Below, piece by piece: positions 8,012 through 20,100 of a DNA stretch of 54,117 nucleotides (position 1 is its first letter; the number at the start of each line of letters is the position of its first letter). Location of the stretch: sequence record SRR31156797_3317; one strand, 5' to 3'. The position numbers and the translations under genes were made by a program. The notes below the pieces were generated by a model. The model was not told the DNA's origin. It worked only from the letters and a program-made list of their open reading frames with translations, and did not search any database.

Positions 8012-11000
8012 TCCACTTTTAACTGTAGCTCGATTCGAGATAAAAACTTTATTACGCAGTTGGTTTTTTCGTATTTTCTCAGCCATAGTAGTCGCATTTG
8101 TGCTGTTTTTTAATATTATGGCATCCACAGACATTGGACGTGCTGGCTGGCCTGATAGAATGTTGATTGGAGGTTTACCTTACATGAATCTATGGGTTTT
8201 AAATATAGTGCAAGCTGTTATTGCCGTGTTTTTATCCGCTGACTTTTTAAGCAGAGATAAAAAACTGGATACAACTGAAGTGATATATGTGCGTAATATG
8301 TCAAACCTTCAATATGTATTTGGCAAAACACTTGGGATATTAACTGTTTTTAGTGGGTTAAACCTACTTGTTTTATTGTTTACTCTTATCATTAATTTTA
8401 TAAGTCCGGATGCTGGTTTTAGTGCCATTACATATGTATTGTATCCACTGATTATTTCATTTCCTACACTGTTATTCATATTAGGAATCTCATTTTTTGT
8501 AATGTTATTGGTCAAAAACCAGGCAATAACATTTATTCTGGTTTTGGGCTTTATTGCAACATCAATTTTCTATTTAAAAGGTAAACATTTTGGTATTTGG
8601 GATTTTATCACCTTTAATACGCCTTTAGCTTATTCTTCATACGTCAATTTTTCAGATACTTTTCAGCTCCTTGCCATAAGAGGTGGTTATTTATTATTGG
8701 GACTGGGTTTAATATTTCTGACTGTTTATAAATTACCTAGGTTATCTCAAGGGAGCTTAAGTAAAAAAATACTATTAGTTCCTGCTTTAGTGAGTATTTT
8801 GTTGGGCACAGGTATGATTGGGCTTTATGTGTTTCAAAAAGCAAACAATGAAAAGCAAATTCAAGACCTGGTAAAAATAGAGAAAGAATTACCTATTAGT
8901 GCAGGATATTCTATAAATCATTATGATATTCAAATAAAGCATTCAGGAAGTAATGTGGAAGGTGAAATGATATATAAAGTGCAATCCGAAGAAAAAAATC
9001 TCCCTTCTGAATTGCGTTTCTTCTTTAATAGTGGTTTAAAGGTCAAATCAGTAACCATCAGCGACAATCCTGTTCAATTTAATCATGAATTGAATATACT
9101 GTCAATGAAAGGTATTCCAGATAAGAGTGCTTCTGTTGAAATTCATATTACTTTTAAAGGGAAACCTGTTAATGATTTGGCTTATTTTGATTTAAAGCAA
9201 GAGGTGAGGGAAAGTGATCATCGATTAGATCCATTGTTAGCAGGAAAAAAAGTATGCTTTCTGACATCAAATTACCTTCTTTTTACCAAAGAGTCCTTAT
9301 GGTATCCAATAGTGGCAGAAAGAAATGCTTTTAGAACGCAACGTTTTTTCACCTATTCACTCAAGATAAATTCAGAAAACGATTTAAATTATATTGCTCA
9401 GGGAAATAAGACATTAAAGGATGGATGGACTATATTCGAAGGAGATGTGCCTTACGCAAAAATAAGTTTGGCAGGCGGAAAGTATCAAACGAAATCGATA
9501 ATGGTGGATAGTGTTGAATACTGTATCAACGCAAAAGCCGATAATTATTTCTTCGCAAAATACTTTGAGAATATTAATGATACACTTCCTTTCTTAATCA
9601 GAACGCTAAAAGGTGATTTTGAACGTAAATTAGGGGTTAAGTATCCATACAAAAGATTGCAGTTTGTAGAAGTACCCGTTCATTTTTATTCACATTATCG
9701 AAGTTGGTCTTTATGCAATGAAAATACACATCCGGAAATGATTTTTGTTCCTGAATTTGGGGCAGGTATTCGAAGCTTCAATTTGGCCAATAGAAACAGC
9801 AACCGGGGCGGTCCGGGTAGAGGTAGAGACAATGATTCAGAAGAGTTATTACCCAAAGAAAAGGAAAGTAATCTGTTTATGGATCTAGTGGGTAATGTTT
9901 TTGCACAACCGGAGCGTGGGCGTAGATTTTTTAGGGGTAATGATGATTTAGGACGTACCTTATCCGACTGGAGTGCTTATTCTGTATTTCCACTGTTTTA
10001 TAATTATGCGTATGGATTGGAAGAAAAAGATTTACCATTTTTTAATATGTGTTTGGAATGGCATATGTTAAACCGAATTCAATCTACCAATTCGCGTTTT
10101 GGTCGTTTGTCATCAACCGATAAATCTATCTTATTTTTAAATAAAAATAGCGGAAGTATTAAGGAGTTAGCAGATCGGGATGATTTGGATGTGAGTATTG
10201 CTGATATTATCGTTACAACCGGTAGTAATATGTTTGCTACAGCACAATCTCGTATAGGTAGCGATAAGTTTGATTCCTACATTGACAGTTTATTAGCTGC
10301 AAATGTTTTATCAACCATAGAGGATAAGGCCATTATAAAGCTGATTGAAGGAAAGGAGAGGAGTGAATTGTCGCTAAATACAGATGTTGATTTAAAGCTG
10401 CCAGCATATACTTTCGGAGAATATAAAATTTATGAGTTTAAAGATGACAATAGAGAGCGCTATTATATCAGTATTGAAGTTGCGAATAATGGTGAAGCCG
10501 ATGGTATCATTAAAGCCTCAGTAATGGGCGGAAGAGGTGGTAGAGGAGGAGGACGTGGTCCTGGCGGAGGTCGTATGTCAACGGCTCACGAGGAAAACTA
10601 TCTGATCAACCAAGGGGAGCAAGTTAAAATAGGAATTATAGTGGATGATGCACCTCGTATGCTTTCTGTTCATACTTATTTATCGAAGAATATCCCTTCA
10701 GATACTCGTTTTTCATTAGCTGATTTTACAAAAGCTCCTAAAGGTTTTAAAGCAGAAACGGGTATCATTTATTTAGATAAGGAAATTAAATTTATTTCTG
10801 ATAATGAAGTAGTTGTAGATAATGAGGATGAAGGTTTCTCAGTAGTTAATACTTCTGGTAGAAAAACCCTGAAGGAAATGATTTCTATTAATCGGGACGA
10901 AGAAAGTGAAGATAATGGATCAGAGTATAAAAGCCTACGCTTCTTTAGACCCGATGCACGTTGGACACCCGTGTTAGATGCAATGGCCTTCGGAGATTAT

Positions 11001-11339
11001 ACCAAATCATTCATGTATAAAAAAAGTGGTGACGGAGCTGCCAAAGCAAGGTTTGCTGCACAATTGCAGGCTACGGGCAGGTATAATGTGTACGCCAGAA
11101 TTCCATCCTCACGAATGGGTAATTTTAGAAACCAGGATCCGCAAGATGCGAGCTATACTTTTATGGTGCACCACGATGATGGTGACGACGAAGTTGTTGT
11201 GCCCATTGAATCAGAATCACCGGAATGGTTTTTATTAGGTGAGTTTTATTTCTCCGACGGAGAAGCTGTGGTAGAATTATCGGATAAAACAACTAAAAGT
11301 GTGGTCATTGCAGATGCCGTTAAATGGGTTAAACTATAA
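8004..11339 (+). CDS. ABC-2 permease fused to an M1-aminopeptidase-like region and a C-terminal golvesin/xanthan-lyase-like beta domain
   Basis: About 7 N-terminal TM helices (ARFEIKTLLRS...GKTLG), a long soluble region, and C-terminal VVVDNEDEGF...GRYNVY...WFLLGEFYF...VIADAVKWVK. Confidence 0.7.
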   Translation: MHNPLLTVARFEIKTLLRSWFFRIFSAIVVAFVLFFNIMASTDIGRAGWPDRMLIGGLPYMNLWVLNIVQAVIAVFLSADFLSRDKKLDTTEVIYVRNMSNLQYVFGKTLGILTVFSGLNLLVLLFTLIINFISPDAGFSAITYVLYPLIISFPTLLFILGISFFVMLLVKNQAITFILVLGFIATSIFYLKGKHFGIWDFITFNTPLAYSSYVNFSDTFQLLAIRGGYLLLGLGLIFLTVYKLPRLSQGSLSKKILLVPALVSILLGTGMIGLYVFQKANNEKQIQDLVKIEKELPISAGYSINHYDIQIKHSGSNVEGEMIYKVQSEEKNLPSELRFFFNSGLKVKSVTISDNPVQFNHELNILSMKGIPDKSASVEIHITFKGKPVNDLAYFDLKQEVRESDHRLDPLLAGKKVCFLTSNYLLFTKESLWYPIVAERNAFRTQRFFTYSLKINSENDLNYIAQGNKTLKDGWTIFEGDVPYAKISLAGGKYQTKSIMVDSVEYCINAKADNYFFAKYFENINDTLPFLIRTLKGDFERKLGVKYPYKRLQFVEVPVHFYSHYRSWSLCNENTHPEMIFVPEFGAGIRSFNLANRNSNRGGPGRGRDNDSEELLPKEKESNLFMDLVGNVFAQPERGRRFFRGNDDLGRTLSDWSAYSVFPLFYNYAYGLEEKDLPFFNMCLEWHMLNRIQSTNSRFGRLSSTDKSILFLNKNSGSIKELADRDDLDVSIADIIVTTGSNMFATAQSRIGSDKFDSYIDSLLAANVLSTIEDKAIIKLIEGKERSELSLNTDVDLKLPAYTFGEYKIYEFKDDNRERYYISIEVANNGEADGIIKASVMGGRGGRGGGRGPGGGRMSTAHEENYLINQGEQVKIGIIVDDAPRMLSVHTYLSKNIPSDTRFSLADFTKAPKGFKAETGIIYLDKEIKFISDNEVVVDNEDEGFSVVNTSGRKTLKEMISINRDEESEDNGSEYKSLRFFRPDARWTPVLDAMAFGDYTKSFMYKKSGDGAAKARFAAQLQATGRYNVYARIPSSRMGNFRNQDPQDASYTFMVHHDDGDDEVVVPIESESPEWFLLGEFYFSDGEAVVELSDKTTKSVVIADAVKWVKL

Positions 11340-11369
11340 GATTACTAATTGACTGAAATATAAATAAAT

Positions 11370-12869
11370 ATGAGATTTAGAAAAGTAAGCATATTTCTGA
11401 TGGTAGGATTGCTGACCTGTGGATTGCAAATACATGCGCAGCGCTTGTTATCATTGCAACAAGCATTAGAGCAGGCCATGAAAACCAGCCCAAGAATTCA
11501 ATCTTCACGACTTTCATTAATTCAAAGTGAAGAAAACTTAAAAGCGCAACGAGCATCTTTAAAAAGTAATTTTAGTTTGGATGTTACTCCTTTGACTTAT
11601 TCAAAAGGGGATGAGTTTAACAGCGGTGTATCAAAATGGAATTCAAATGAAAGTTATATAAGCTCAGCAAAATTTCAAATATCACAACCGATATTACTAA
11701 CGGATGGTGTGCTATCTTTAAGAAACACAATTAATTACAGAGATTCTCATAGCAATAGCTGGTTTGTTAATAATGGCGTGTTAGCTCCTTATAATACTAG
11801 TTATAATGGTTTTGATAACAGTTTAACATTAAGTTTGAGCCAACCTCTTTTTACATACAATACTCGGAAATTAGCACTTAAAGAATTAGAATTAAATTAT
11901 GAAAATACTTCATTAAGTTTTGCTTTGCAGGAATTAAGTGTGGAAAATAGTGTTACTCAGTCCTTTTACAAAGTTTATCAGTCTCAAATGACTTTAAACA
12001 CTTCGCGTGAGGAGTATGAAAACAGGAAGCAGAGTTATGAAATAATTAAAAACAAGGTAGAAGCGGGATTAAGTGCCAAGGAAGAATTATATCAGGCAGA
12101 ATTGGATTTAATGACCAGTGAATCATCCATGAAAGATGCAGAAGTGACCTTTGAAAACGATAAGGATAATTTTAAGCAAATGCTTGGGATTGATTTAGAA
12201 GAGGAAATAATGGTGTTGGCAGATGTTTCAATTTTACCGGTTGATGTGGATTTAAAAATGGCGATCGATTATGGTTTAGAAAATAGAATGGAAATAAGAC
12301 AAAGACAAATTACTATTGAAAATGGTCAGTTTAATTTGATAGAAACTAATGCCTCAAATGAATTTAAAGGAAACTTGTCTGTTGATATTGGTTTGTTAGG
12401 GCAAAATGAAAATATAGGGCAAGTTTTCGATAAACAGACAAAAAATCAGAATGTAAGCTTTGGTTTAACCATTCCTCTTTGGGATTGGGGTGAGAAAAAA
12501 GCCCGACTAAAAGCATCTCAGGCCGCATTAGAAAGTAGTCAGAACGATTTGCGTGACGAAGAAATAGGAATTAAACTTACCATTCGTCAGGTATATAGAA
12601 GTTTGGAGAATAACCTTCGTCAGATTGAAATTGCCCGTAAAAACCTGGAAAATGCGGAACTTACTTATGAAATCAACCTCGAAAAATATAAGAATGGCGA
12701 TTTAACCAGTATGGATTTAAATCTGGTTCAAAATCAGTTAACATCAAAAAAAAATCAATTAACCAATTCAATCATTAGCTATAAGCTGGAATTATTAAAT
12801 ATGAAGATTCAAAGTATGTATGACTTCGAAAACAATATTCCGGTAGCACCTAATTTTAATAAAAAATAA
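11370..12869 (+). CDS. TolC-family outer membrane efflux protein
   Basis: Signal peptide; LSLQQALEQAM, LSLSQPLF, GLTIPLWDWG and YKNGDLTSMDL OEP repeats. Confidence 0.93.
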   Translation: MRFRKVSIFLMVGLLTCGLQIHAQRLLSLQQALEQAMKTSPRIQSSRLSLIQSEENLKAQRASLKSNFSLDVTPLTYSKGDEFNSGVSKWNSNESYISSAKFQISQPILLTDGVLSLRNTINYRDSHSNSWFVNNGVLAPYNTSYNGFDNSLTLSLSQPLFTYNTRKLALKELELNYENTSLSFALQELSVENSVTQSFYKVYQSQMTLNTSREEYENRKQSYEIIKNKVEAGLSAKEELYQAELDLMTSESSMKDAEVTFENDKDNFKQMLGIDLEEEIMVLADVSILPVDVDLKMAIDYGLENRMEIRQRQITIENGQFNLIETNASNEFKGNLSVDIGLLGQNENIGQVFDKQTKNQNVSFGLTIPLWDWGEKKARLKASQAALESSQNDLRDEEIGIKLTIRQVYRSLENNLRQIEIARKNLENAELTYEINLEKYKNGDLTSMDLNLVQNQLTSKKNQLTNSIISYKLELLNMKIQSMYDFENNIPVAPNFNKK

Positions 12870-12878
12870 TTCTGCATC

Positions 12879-13934
12879 ATGATAAAACAATCTCTTACAA
12901 TAGCACTTGTTGGTTTAGCACTTTGGAGTTGCAACGACCAACAAAATAACTTTACAGCAGATGTGGCTGTTCCGGTAACCATTCAGGAAGTTACTAAAGG
13001 TAATATTCAAGAAATTTTTACGGCTACAGGTACCATCATGTCTGAGTATGAAACCATTTTAAAAAATGAAGCTTCAGGTGAATATTATCTACAAATAAAT
13101 CCGCGTACGGGGAAAAAATTCAAAATGGGTGATAAAGTACAGAAAGGTGAGGTGATTATAAAAACCGAGGATGCAGAATATGAGAATAATGTAAATATTG
13201 AAGGTGCCAAAATCGATTTAGATATTTCGAAAATGGAGTATGAAAAGCAACAGGCGTTGTATGAAAAAGGAGGTGTAACTTTGCGCGAAAAGGTAACAGG
13301 TGAAAAGTCATGGGTAACAGCCCAAAAAACCTATGAAAATGCGCTTATTAGTCTGGATAAAATGAAAATAGTAGCACCATTTGATGGTGTGATAACAGAC
13401 TTACCATATTTTTCTCAGGGTGTTAAAATAGAAGAGAGCCAAGAAGTATTGCAGTTAATGAGTTATAAAGAAATGGTAATGGATTTAATGCTGCCTGAAA
13501 GCCAGATTAGCCATATTTCCTTAAATCAAATGGCATGGATAACCAATTATGCTTTACCAGAAGATACTTTAAAAGGTAGTTTGAAAGAAATGTCGCCAGC
13601 CATTGATACAGAATCCAGAACATTTAAAGGAAGGCTTTATATTCAAAATCCGGAAAGTAAACTGCGTCCGGGAATGTTTGTAAAAGCAGATGTTGTGGTG
13701 GATAAAAAGGATAGTGTCATCGTTATTCCTAAAGATGCTATTTTATCTCGATCTGGTGGTAAAGTGGTTTTTGTAGCTCGAAACGAAACAGCCAGAGAAA
13801 GAAGAATAACCACAGGCATGGAGCAAAATGGAAAAGTAGAGGTGATAGAAGGATTAGGATTAGAGGAGCGTTTGATTATTAAGGGGTTTGAGACTTTAAA
13901 AGATCGTTCTAAAATTAAGGTGCTGAATAAATAA
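12879..13934 (+). CDS. RND efflux membrane-fusion (periplasmic adaptor) lipoprotein
   Basis: Lipobox LWSC; GDKVQKGEVI, IVAPFDGVI, LRPGMFV and VIPKDAI motifs. Confidence 0.93.
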   Translation: MIKQSLTIALVGLALWSCNDQQNNFTADVAVPVTIQEVTKGNIQEIFTATGTIMSEYETILKNEASGEYYLQINPRTGKKFKMGDKVQKGEVIIKTEDAEYENNVNIEGAKIDLDISKMEYEKQQALYEKGGVTLREKVTGEKSWVTAQKTYENALISLDKMKIVAPFDGVITDLPYFSQGVKIEESQEVLQLMSYKEMVMDLMLPESQISHISLNQMAWITNYALPEDTLKGSLKEMSPAIDTESRTFKGRLYIQNPESKLRPGMFVKADVVVDKKDSVIVIPKDAILSRSGGKVVFVARNETARERRITTGMEQNGKVEVIEGLGLEERLIIKGFETLKDRSKIKVLNK

Positions 13935-13992
13935 AGTTGTGGCCTGATCGATAATTTAAATCGGTCGAGTGTTAATGGTAAATTTAATTTGA

Positions 13993-16900
13993 ATGAAAAA
14001 ACTAGCACAGTTTTCCATAGACTATCCGGTAACGGTTGCCATGATTATTTTAGGCATTGTATTATTGGGTATTATCTCCTTTTCTCGTTTAGGTACCGAT
14101 TTGTTTCCGGATTTAAATAATCCGAGAATAGTTGTAGAAATACAATCCGGAGAAAGACCACCCGAAGAGATGGAGAAACAGTTTGTTGAGCAAATGGAAG
14201 GTACTATCATTCGCCAGTCGGGTGTTAGCAATGTGAGCTCAGTGAGTAAAGTAGGTTCTGCTCAAATAACGGTTGAATATAACTGGGATCAGGATATGGA
14301 TGAAGCTTTTCTGGACTTACAAAAAGCGTTGACTGCTTATAGTCAGAATGAAGATGTGGAGGAGCTCAATATTTTTAGAAATGATCCTAATGCTTCAGCC
14401 ATCATGCTGGCAGCTATTTCTAATCCTGCGATTACAGATATGCACGATTTGAGAAAAGTGGCTCAAAATTATATTCGCAATGAGTTAATCCGGGTAGATG
14501 GAATTGCGGATGTGCGATTGTCAGGAGATGAGAGTAAAGAAATTATAGTGGAGACGAATCCGTATTTATTGGAGTCGCATAACCTGAGTTCTTCTGATAT
14601 TGTTAGTAAAATTCAGAATTACAATCAGAATGTGTCAGGAGGTTCCATTGAAGAATTAGGGCAACGATACATTATTAAAGGCGTGAGTATTTATCAATCG
14701 CCTGAAGATTTAGGCCATATCGTGGTCGGCAGAACTATTGAAACGGATGAAAGTGGAACAAGTAAAGAAGTACCATTATTATTAAGTGATGTGGCTTCGG
14801 TTACCTTTAAAAATCAGGATCCACAAAATATTGTGCGGCTAAATGGCAAACGCTGCGTAGGTTTATCTATTTATAAGGAAACCAAATTTAATACGGTTTC
14901 TGCAATAGAAGCGTTAAATGTAGAATTCGAGAAAATTAAAAAAGCGCTTCCCGGATACGAAATTACCGTAATTAAAAACCAGGGGCAATTTATTGATGAT
15001 GCTATTGGAGAGGTTGAGGATAGTGCCCTTATCGGTATTGTATTCGCTATTATTGTATTGTTTGTTTTCCTAAGAAGAATAGGAACAACGCTGGTGGTGA
15101 GCCTGGCTATTCCAATATCTATTATTGCCACATTTAACCTCATGTACTTTAATGGCTTAACATTAAATATAATGACCTTAGGTGGTTTAGCCTTAGGTGC
15201 AGGAATGTTGGTGGATAATGCCATTATCGTAGTTGAAAACATTTTTAGTCTGCTCGAAAAAGGAAAGTCATTAAAAGAAGCTGCTGTTGAAGGTACTGCC
15301 AAAGTGGGAGGTGCTTTGGTGGCGTCTACCTTAACTACAATAGTAGTGTTTTTGCCCATTGTGTATTTACATGGTGCATCAGGTGAGTTGTTTAAGGATC
15401 AGGCCTGGACGGTGGCATTTTCCTTATTGTCATCTTTATTTGTGGCTATCTTAATCATTCCGGTTTTAAGTGTTTTACTGCTCGGAAAAAGACCGGATAA
15501 ACTAAAAATAAAAGAGAAAAACTATCCTCGTTACAGTCGCCTTTTAGGTAATTTGTTAGAAAAGCGTTATGCTGTTATCGTTGGTGCAGTTGTATTGGTA
15601 GGACTTACTTATTTATCATTATCGTGGGTAGGAAGTGAGTTTATGCCTAAAGCTAAAACCAGAGAGTTTTCCATGGAAATTACCTTACCTGCCGGATCTG
15701 GTTTAGACCGAACTTCTTCTACGATCCATGCGATGGAAGAAATAGTAATGGAAACTTTTAAAGAGAATGTGGATTTTGTATACACACATGCTGGGTCACA
15801 AACAGATTTAAGCGGATCAGAAGAAAGTGTATTCGAAGGAGAAAATACAGGTTTTATTAAGGTCGTCATAGCTGAGGATTCACCTTATTCAAGCGATGAT
15901 TTTATTCCTGTACTAAGTGATGTCTTTTCAGGAATTGAAGACATGGAGATAGAGTATTTGCAGGATGAAACAGCTCTCCAGGAAATTTTAGGCAATAATG
16001 AAGCGCCTTTTATAATTGAAGTGGTTGGTGAAGATTTGGATGTGTTGGATCAATTAACAGATCAGGTGTATGCTGAGTTGTCGAAAGAGACTGAATTATA
16101 TAACCTAAAAAGTTCTTTTGCAGATGGGGTTCCGGAAGTCAATGTGGTAATAGATCGATACAGAGCCGGACTTTTTAATATAGGCGCCAGTACCATTATT
16201 TCGCAATTGAAGGAATTTTTAATGGGTAAGGATGCTGGAAGCATTGAAAATGATGGTGAGTTAACAGATATTACGCTAAAGATGCCAGATTATCAGTTAA
16301 AAGAATTAGATCAGTTTGTGATAGAAAATGGAGAGGAACAATACCGTTTGGGGGAGTTAGCTCAAATTTCGGTTGGTACTTCGGCCAAGGAAGTGATCCG
16401 GAATAACCAAAATCGTATTGGTCGTATTTCGGCACATATGAAAGGAAATATGCCGGTGGATCAATTAGCATTGAAAATAGAGAACACCTTGAAGCAGATT
16501 GATTTTCCTGTCGGATATAAATATGAAGTCAAAGGAGACGAGATGATGCGTAAGGAATCGTTTGGCAGTCTGTCTTTTGCATTATTGTTATCCATTATTT
16601 TAGTGTACATGGTTATGGCTTCGCAATTTGAATCTTTAATTCATCCATTTACTATTTTATTAACGATTCCGCTGGCAGGAGTAGGAGCGATAGCGGCTTT
16701 TCTAATTCTTGGCAAAGCCTTAAATATTATGGCATATATAGGCTTGGTTATGCTGGCTGGTATTGCAGTAAACGATTCTATCATTTTAGTAGATGCCATC
16801 AATCAGTATAAAAAAGAAGGTATGTTTTTGAAGGATGCTATTATAGCAGCAGCCAATAGTCGATTGCGCCCCATCTTTATGACCAGTTTAACTACCATTT

Positions 16901-17079
16901 TAGGTCTTCTGCCAATGACCTTTGGTTTCGGTGAAAGTGCAGCTTTACGATCCTCTATGGCCATTGCTGTTATTGGAGGTTTGATAACATCAACATTATT
17001 GACATTGGTGGTTATACCATGTGTATATTATGTTTTTGATGGTGTATTTAAGAAAAAGCAGGCAATTACCAACCAATAA
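13993..17079 (+). CDS. AcrB/AcrD/AcrF-family RND permease (subunit 1)
   Basis: 1028 aa; GMLVDNAIIVVENI (TM4), QFESLIHPF, RLRPIFMTSLTT. Confidence 0.95.
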   Translation: MKKLAQFSIDYPVTVAMIILGIVLLGIISFSRLGTDLFPDLNNPRIVVEIQSGERPPEEMEKQFVEQMEGTIIRQSGVSNVSSVSKVGSAQITVEYNWDQDMDEAFLDLQKALTAYSQNEDVEELNIFRNDPNASAIMLAAISNPAITDMHDLRKVAQNYIRNELIRVDGIADVRLSGDESKEIIVETNPYLLESHNLSSSDIVSKIQNYNQNVSGGSIEELGQRYIIKGVSIYQSPEDLGHIVVGRTIETDESGTSKEVPLLLSDVASVTFKNQDPQNIVRLNGKRCVGLSIYKETKFNTVSAIEALNVEFEKIKKALPGYEITVIKNQGQFIDDAIGEVEDSALIGIVFAIIVLFVFLRRIGTTLVVSLAIPISIIATFNLMYFNGLTLNIMTLGGLALGAGMLVDNAIIVVENIFSLLEKGKSLKEAAVEGTAKVGGALVASTLTTIVVFLPIVYLHGASGELFKDQAWTVAFSLLSSLFVAILIIPVLSVLLLGKRPDKLKIKEKNYPRYSRLLGNLLEKRYAVIVGAVVLVGLTYLSLSWVGSEFMPKAKTREFSMEITLPAGSGLDRTSSTIHAMEEIVMETFKENVDFVYTHAGSQTDLSGSEESVFEGENTGFIKVVIAEDSPYSSDDFIPVLSDVFSGIEDMEIEYLQDETALQEILGNNEAPFIIEVVGEDLDVLDQLTDQVYAELSKETELYNLKSSFADGVPEVNVVIDRYRAGLFNIGASTIISQLKEFLMGKDAGSIENDGELTDITLKMPDYQLKELDQFVIENGEEQYRLGELAQISVGTSAKEVIRNNQNRIGRISAHMKGNMPVDQLALKIENTLKQIDFPVGYKYEVKGDEMMRKESFGSLSFALLLSIILVYMVMASQFESLIHPFTILLTIPLAGVGAIAAFLILGKALNIMAYIGLVMLAGIAVNDSIILVDAINQYKKEGMFLKDAIIAAANSRLRPIFMTSLTTILGLLPMTFGFGESAALRSSMAIAVIGGLITSTLLTLVVIPCVYYVFDGVFKKKQAITNQ

Positions 17080-17127
17080 TATAGTTGTCCATTATCTTAT
17101 TGAAAATGATTACTGTTAACTGAAAAA

Positions 17128-20100
17128 ATGAAGTTTATTATACATAGAAAAGTACTGATAAGTATGTTGTTTGTGGCATTAAGCCTTTTGGGTATAGTGT
17201 CTTACAACTATTTACCGGTAGAATTATATCCCAATACCGAGCTTCCGGTTTTGTTTGTGCAAATAGCAGGTCAAACAGAATCAGATCCTAAATATGTGGA
17301 GCAGGAAGCTGTTATTCCCATGGAAGGAGTGGTGGGAACTATTGAGGGTATTGAGAAGATAGAGTCGAGAGTAAATCCGGGAAGAGCTACCATAAGCATT
17401 TATTTAACCAAGGAGGTGGATTTTAAATACGCCTATTTAAAACTGGCTGAAAAGGTTGAAGCTTCGCAACATTTATTGCCGGATGACTATCAGGCAACGG
17501 TGATGAAGATTGATATGGATCAATTTACCAATCAGTTTATGTCTATTCAGGTTTTGGGCGAAGGAGACGTAGACAGAGTACGTGCCATTACCGATGAAAA
17601 AATTACGGATAAGATTGAAAGTATCGATGGTGTAGCCGGGGTCGAAGTATATGGAGGTAGGCAAAAAACAGTCGAAATCACGCTGAACGAAGACAAGCTG
17701 GAAGGTATGGGAATTACTACCTCGGAGGTGCGTCGGAAAATACAAAACAACGAGGGAAGCAAAACTTTTGCCGGACGCGTTGAAGATCAGGGACAGTATC
17801 TGTTTGTAAATGTGGAAGGGGAATATAACAATATCGGAGATTTAGAAAATGTAGTGATTAAGGAAGAAGGGCCGGTTTTATTAAAGGATATTGCAGATAT
17901 TGTTTTTGGAGTTAAAGAACAAACCAGTTATAGCCGTGTAAATGCCAAAGAGTCGGTGACCATTAACGTTTCCCGGGAATCTACGGTCAATCAAATTGAA
18001 CTCTCAGGTAGAATAAAGGAAGAGGTTGAAAAGCTAAATAATGAGTTGCAATCGAGTGGCGTTGAGATTACCATTACGTCTAACTCGGCAGAAACCATGG
18101 AAGAAAATATTTCATCCATTATTAATCTGGCCTTAATAGGAAGTATATTGGCTGTATTTATTCTCTGGATTTTCCTGAAGAATATTCCGTTGGTGTCATT
18201 GGTGATGCTGTCAATTCCTATTTCAGTATTTTCAGCTTTTAACTTGTTTTACGCCTTTAATATATCCATCAATACCTTTACCCTTATCGGTATTGCTCTG
18301 GCAGTTGGAATGCTGATTGATAACAGTATTGTGGTGTTGGAGAATATTTACCGAGTAGCCTCTACCAACACAGATCGGGATAAGGCTGTTATAATGGGAA
18401 CGCGGGAAGTATGGCGTGCCATACTGGCTGCAACTCTAACTACTATAACAGTATTTCTACCATTTGCTTTTTCATCGAATATGTTGTTTAAGCTGGTGGC
18501 CAAAAATATCAGTGTTTCCATAGTAGGAACCTTATTAATTTCATTGGCTGTTGCGTTGCTGCTAATTCCAATGATGACACATAGCGTGTTGTGGTACGGA
18601 AAGTTAGATGTTCAAAAACGCTTACGCAGATTGCCCCTTCACCATAGAATGGTGCAGTCTTATATGGTGTTGTTAAAAAGTGCCCTAAGGGTTCCTGCCC
18701 GAACTATTAATATTGCCGTATTGGTATTTTTTGCAAGTGTAGCCATTAGCCTGCTGGTGAGTATTTCGGTAAGTCAGGAAGTTGAAACACCGGAGTTTGT
18801 CGTGGATATTGAACGACCATCCGGTTCTACTTTAGAAAGTACAGATATTATGGTTCGCGAATTAGAAAAACGAATAGGTGATATCTCAGAAGGAGACCAG
18901 CTTATAAGTCAGGTATACGAAGAAAAAGCGAGTTTAACGCTCAAATTAAAAGAGGACTATAAAAAGGAATCAAAAAGAACTTTAGGTGAAATTAAAGCCG
19001 ATGTTCAGGCGCGCTTATATGGTTTTGATGATTCTGAAATAAATCTGGAACAAGGCGGAACTACTTCAGGAGGAAACAGTGGTTTTGGTGATAACCCGGG
19101 TTTAATGTTGATGGGCATGTTTGGAATTGGTCAGCAACAAGAAAGTGTAGTGATAAAAGGAGAGGACTTTGATAAAATGCTGCTGTTGGCCGAAGATATC
19201 AAATACATATTAGAGGATAATATGGAGGATGAATTAAGATCGGTAAGGGTAAGTGCAGGCTTTCCTCGTCCCGAAGTTCATTTGGAATTTGATCCCGGCT
19301 TGATGAGTTTATATCAGGTAACGCCGCAGAGTGTAATGGTTGAGTTGGCTACATTTCGTACACAGGTTTCTTCAGGTGGAACTTTAAAACTGGATAATCA
19401 GGAATATGATATTGTGATGAAAGCTGAAAATCCGAAACCTGAAGAAGAGATTCCTGCCAAAACATATGAAGATCTCCAAAAACTAAATGTAATTTCCACC
19501 AGCGGTTCGTTGGTGGCATTGCGTAATTTTTCAGATATCATATACTCTAGTGGTCGTGCTGAAATTTTACGGGTTAATCAGCAAAAGGAAATAACCATTA
19601 GCTATAGTTTCAATGATGAAATCAATGATTCAAAATCGTTATTGGAACAAGCCCGGTTGGATGTGGATAATCTGGTTGAAGAAATAAACCTGCCTTCAGG
19701 TACAGCTGTTGAAGTATTGCACGAAGAGGATATGTTTAGTGAATTCTATTTTTTAATTGGAATGGCTTTCATTTTAATATTAATGATTCTGGCTTCAGTA
19801 TTTGAGTCGTTTGTAGCACCATTCGTGATGTTGTTTTCTATTCCTCTGGCAGCTATTGGTTCGCTTTTAGGTTTAATTTTTTCTGGTAATTCACTTATCC
19901 AACTCAATACCTTAATTGGTTTTTTAATTCTTTTGGGTATTGTAGTCAACAATGGAATTATTTTAATTGATTATGCCAATATTCTGCGTAGGCAAGGGAT
20001 GAAACATTCCAGAGCACTGATACAGGCTGGAATTTCTCGTGTTCGTCCTATTTTAATAACGGCTTCTACAACCATTATTGCCATGTTACCTTTGGCCTTA

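Noticed and set aside
8004-11339. Calling this gene an active xanthan lyase or aminopeptidase
   Set aside because: Only the small C-terminal accessory-type domain resembles xanthan lyase, and no HExxH motif was found.
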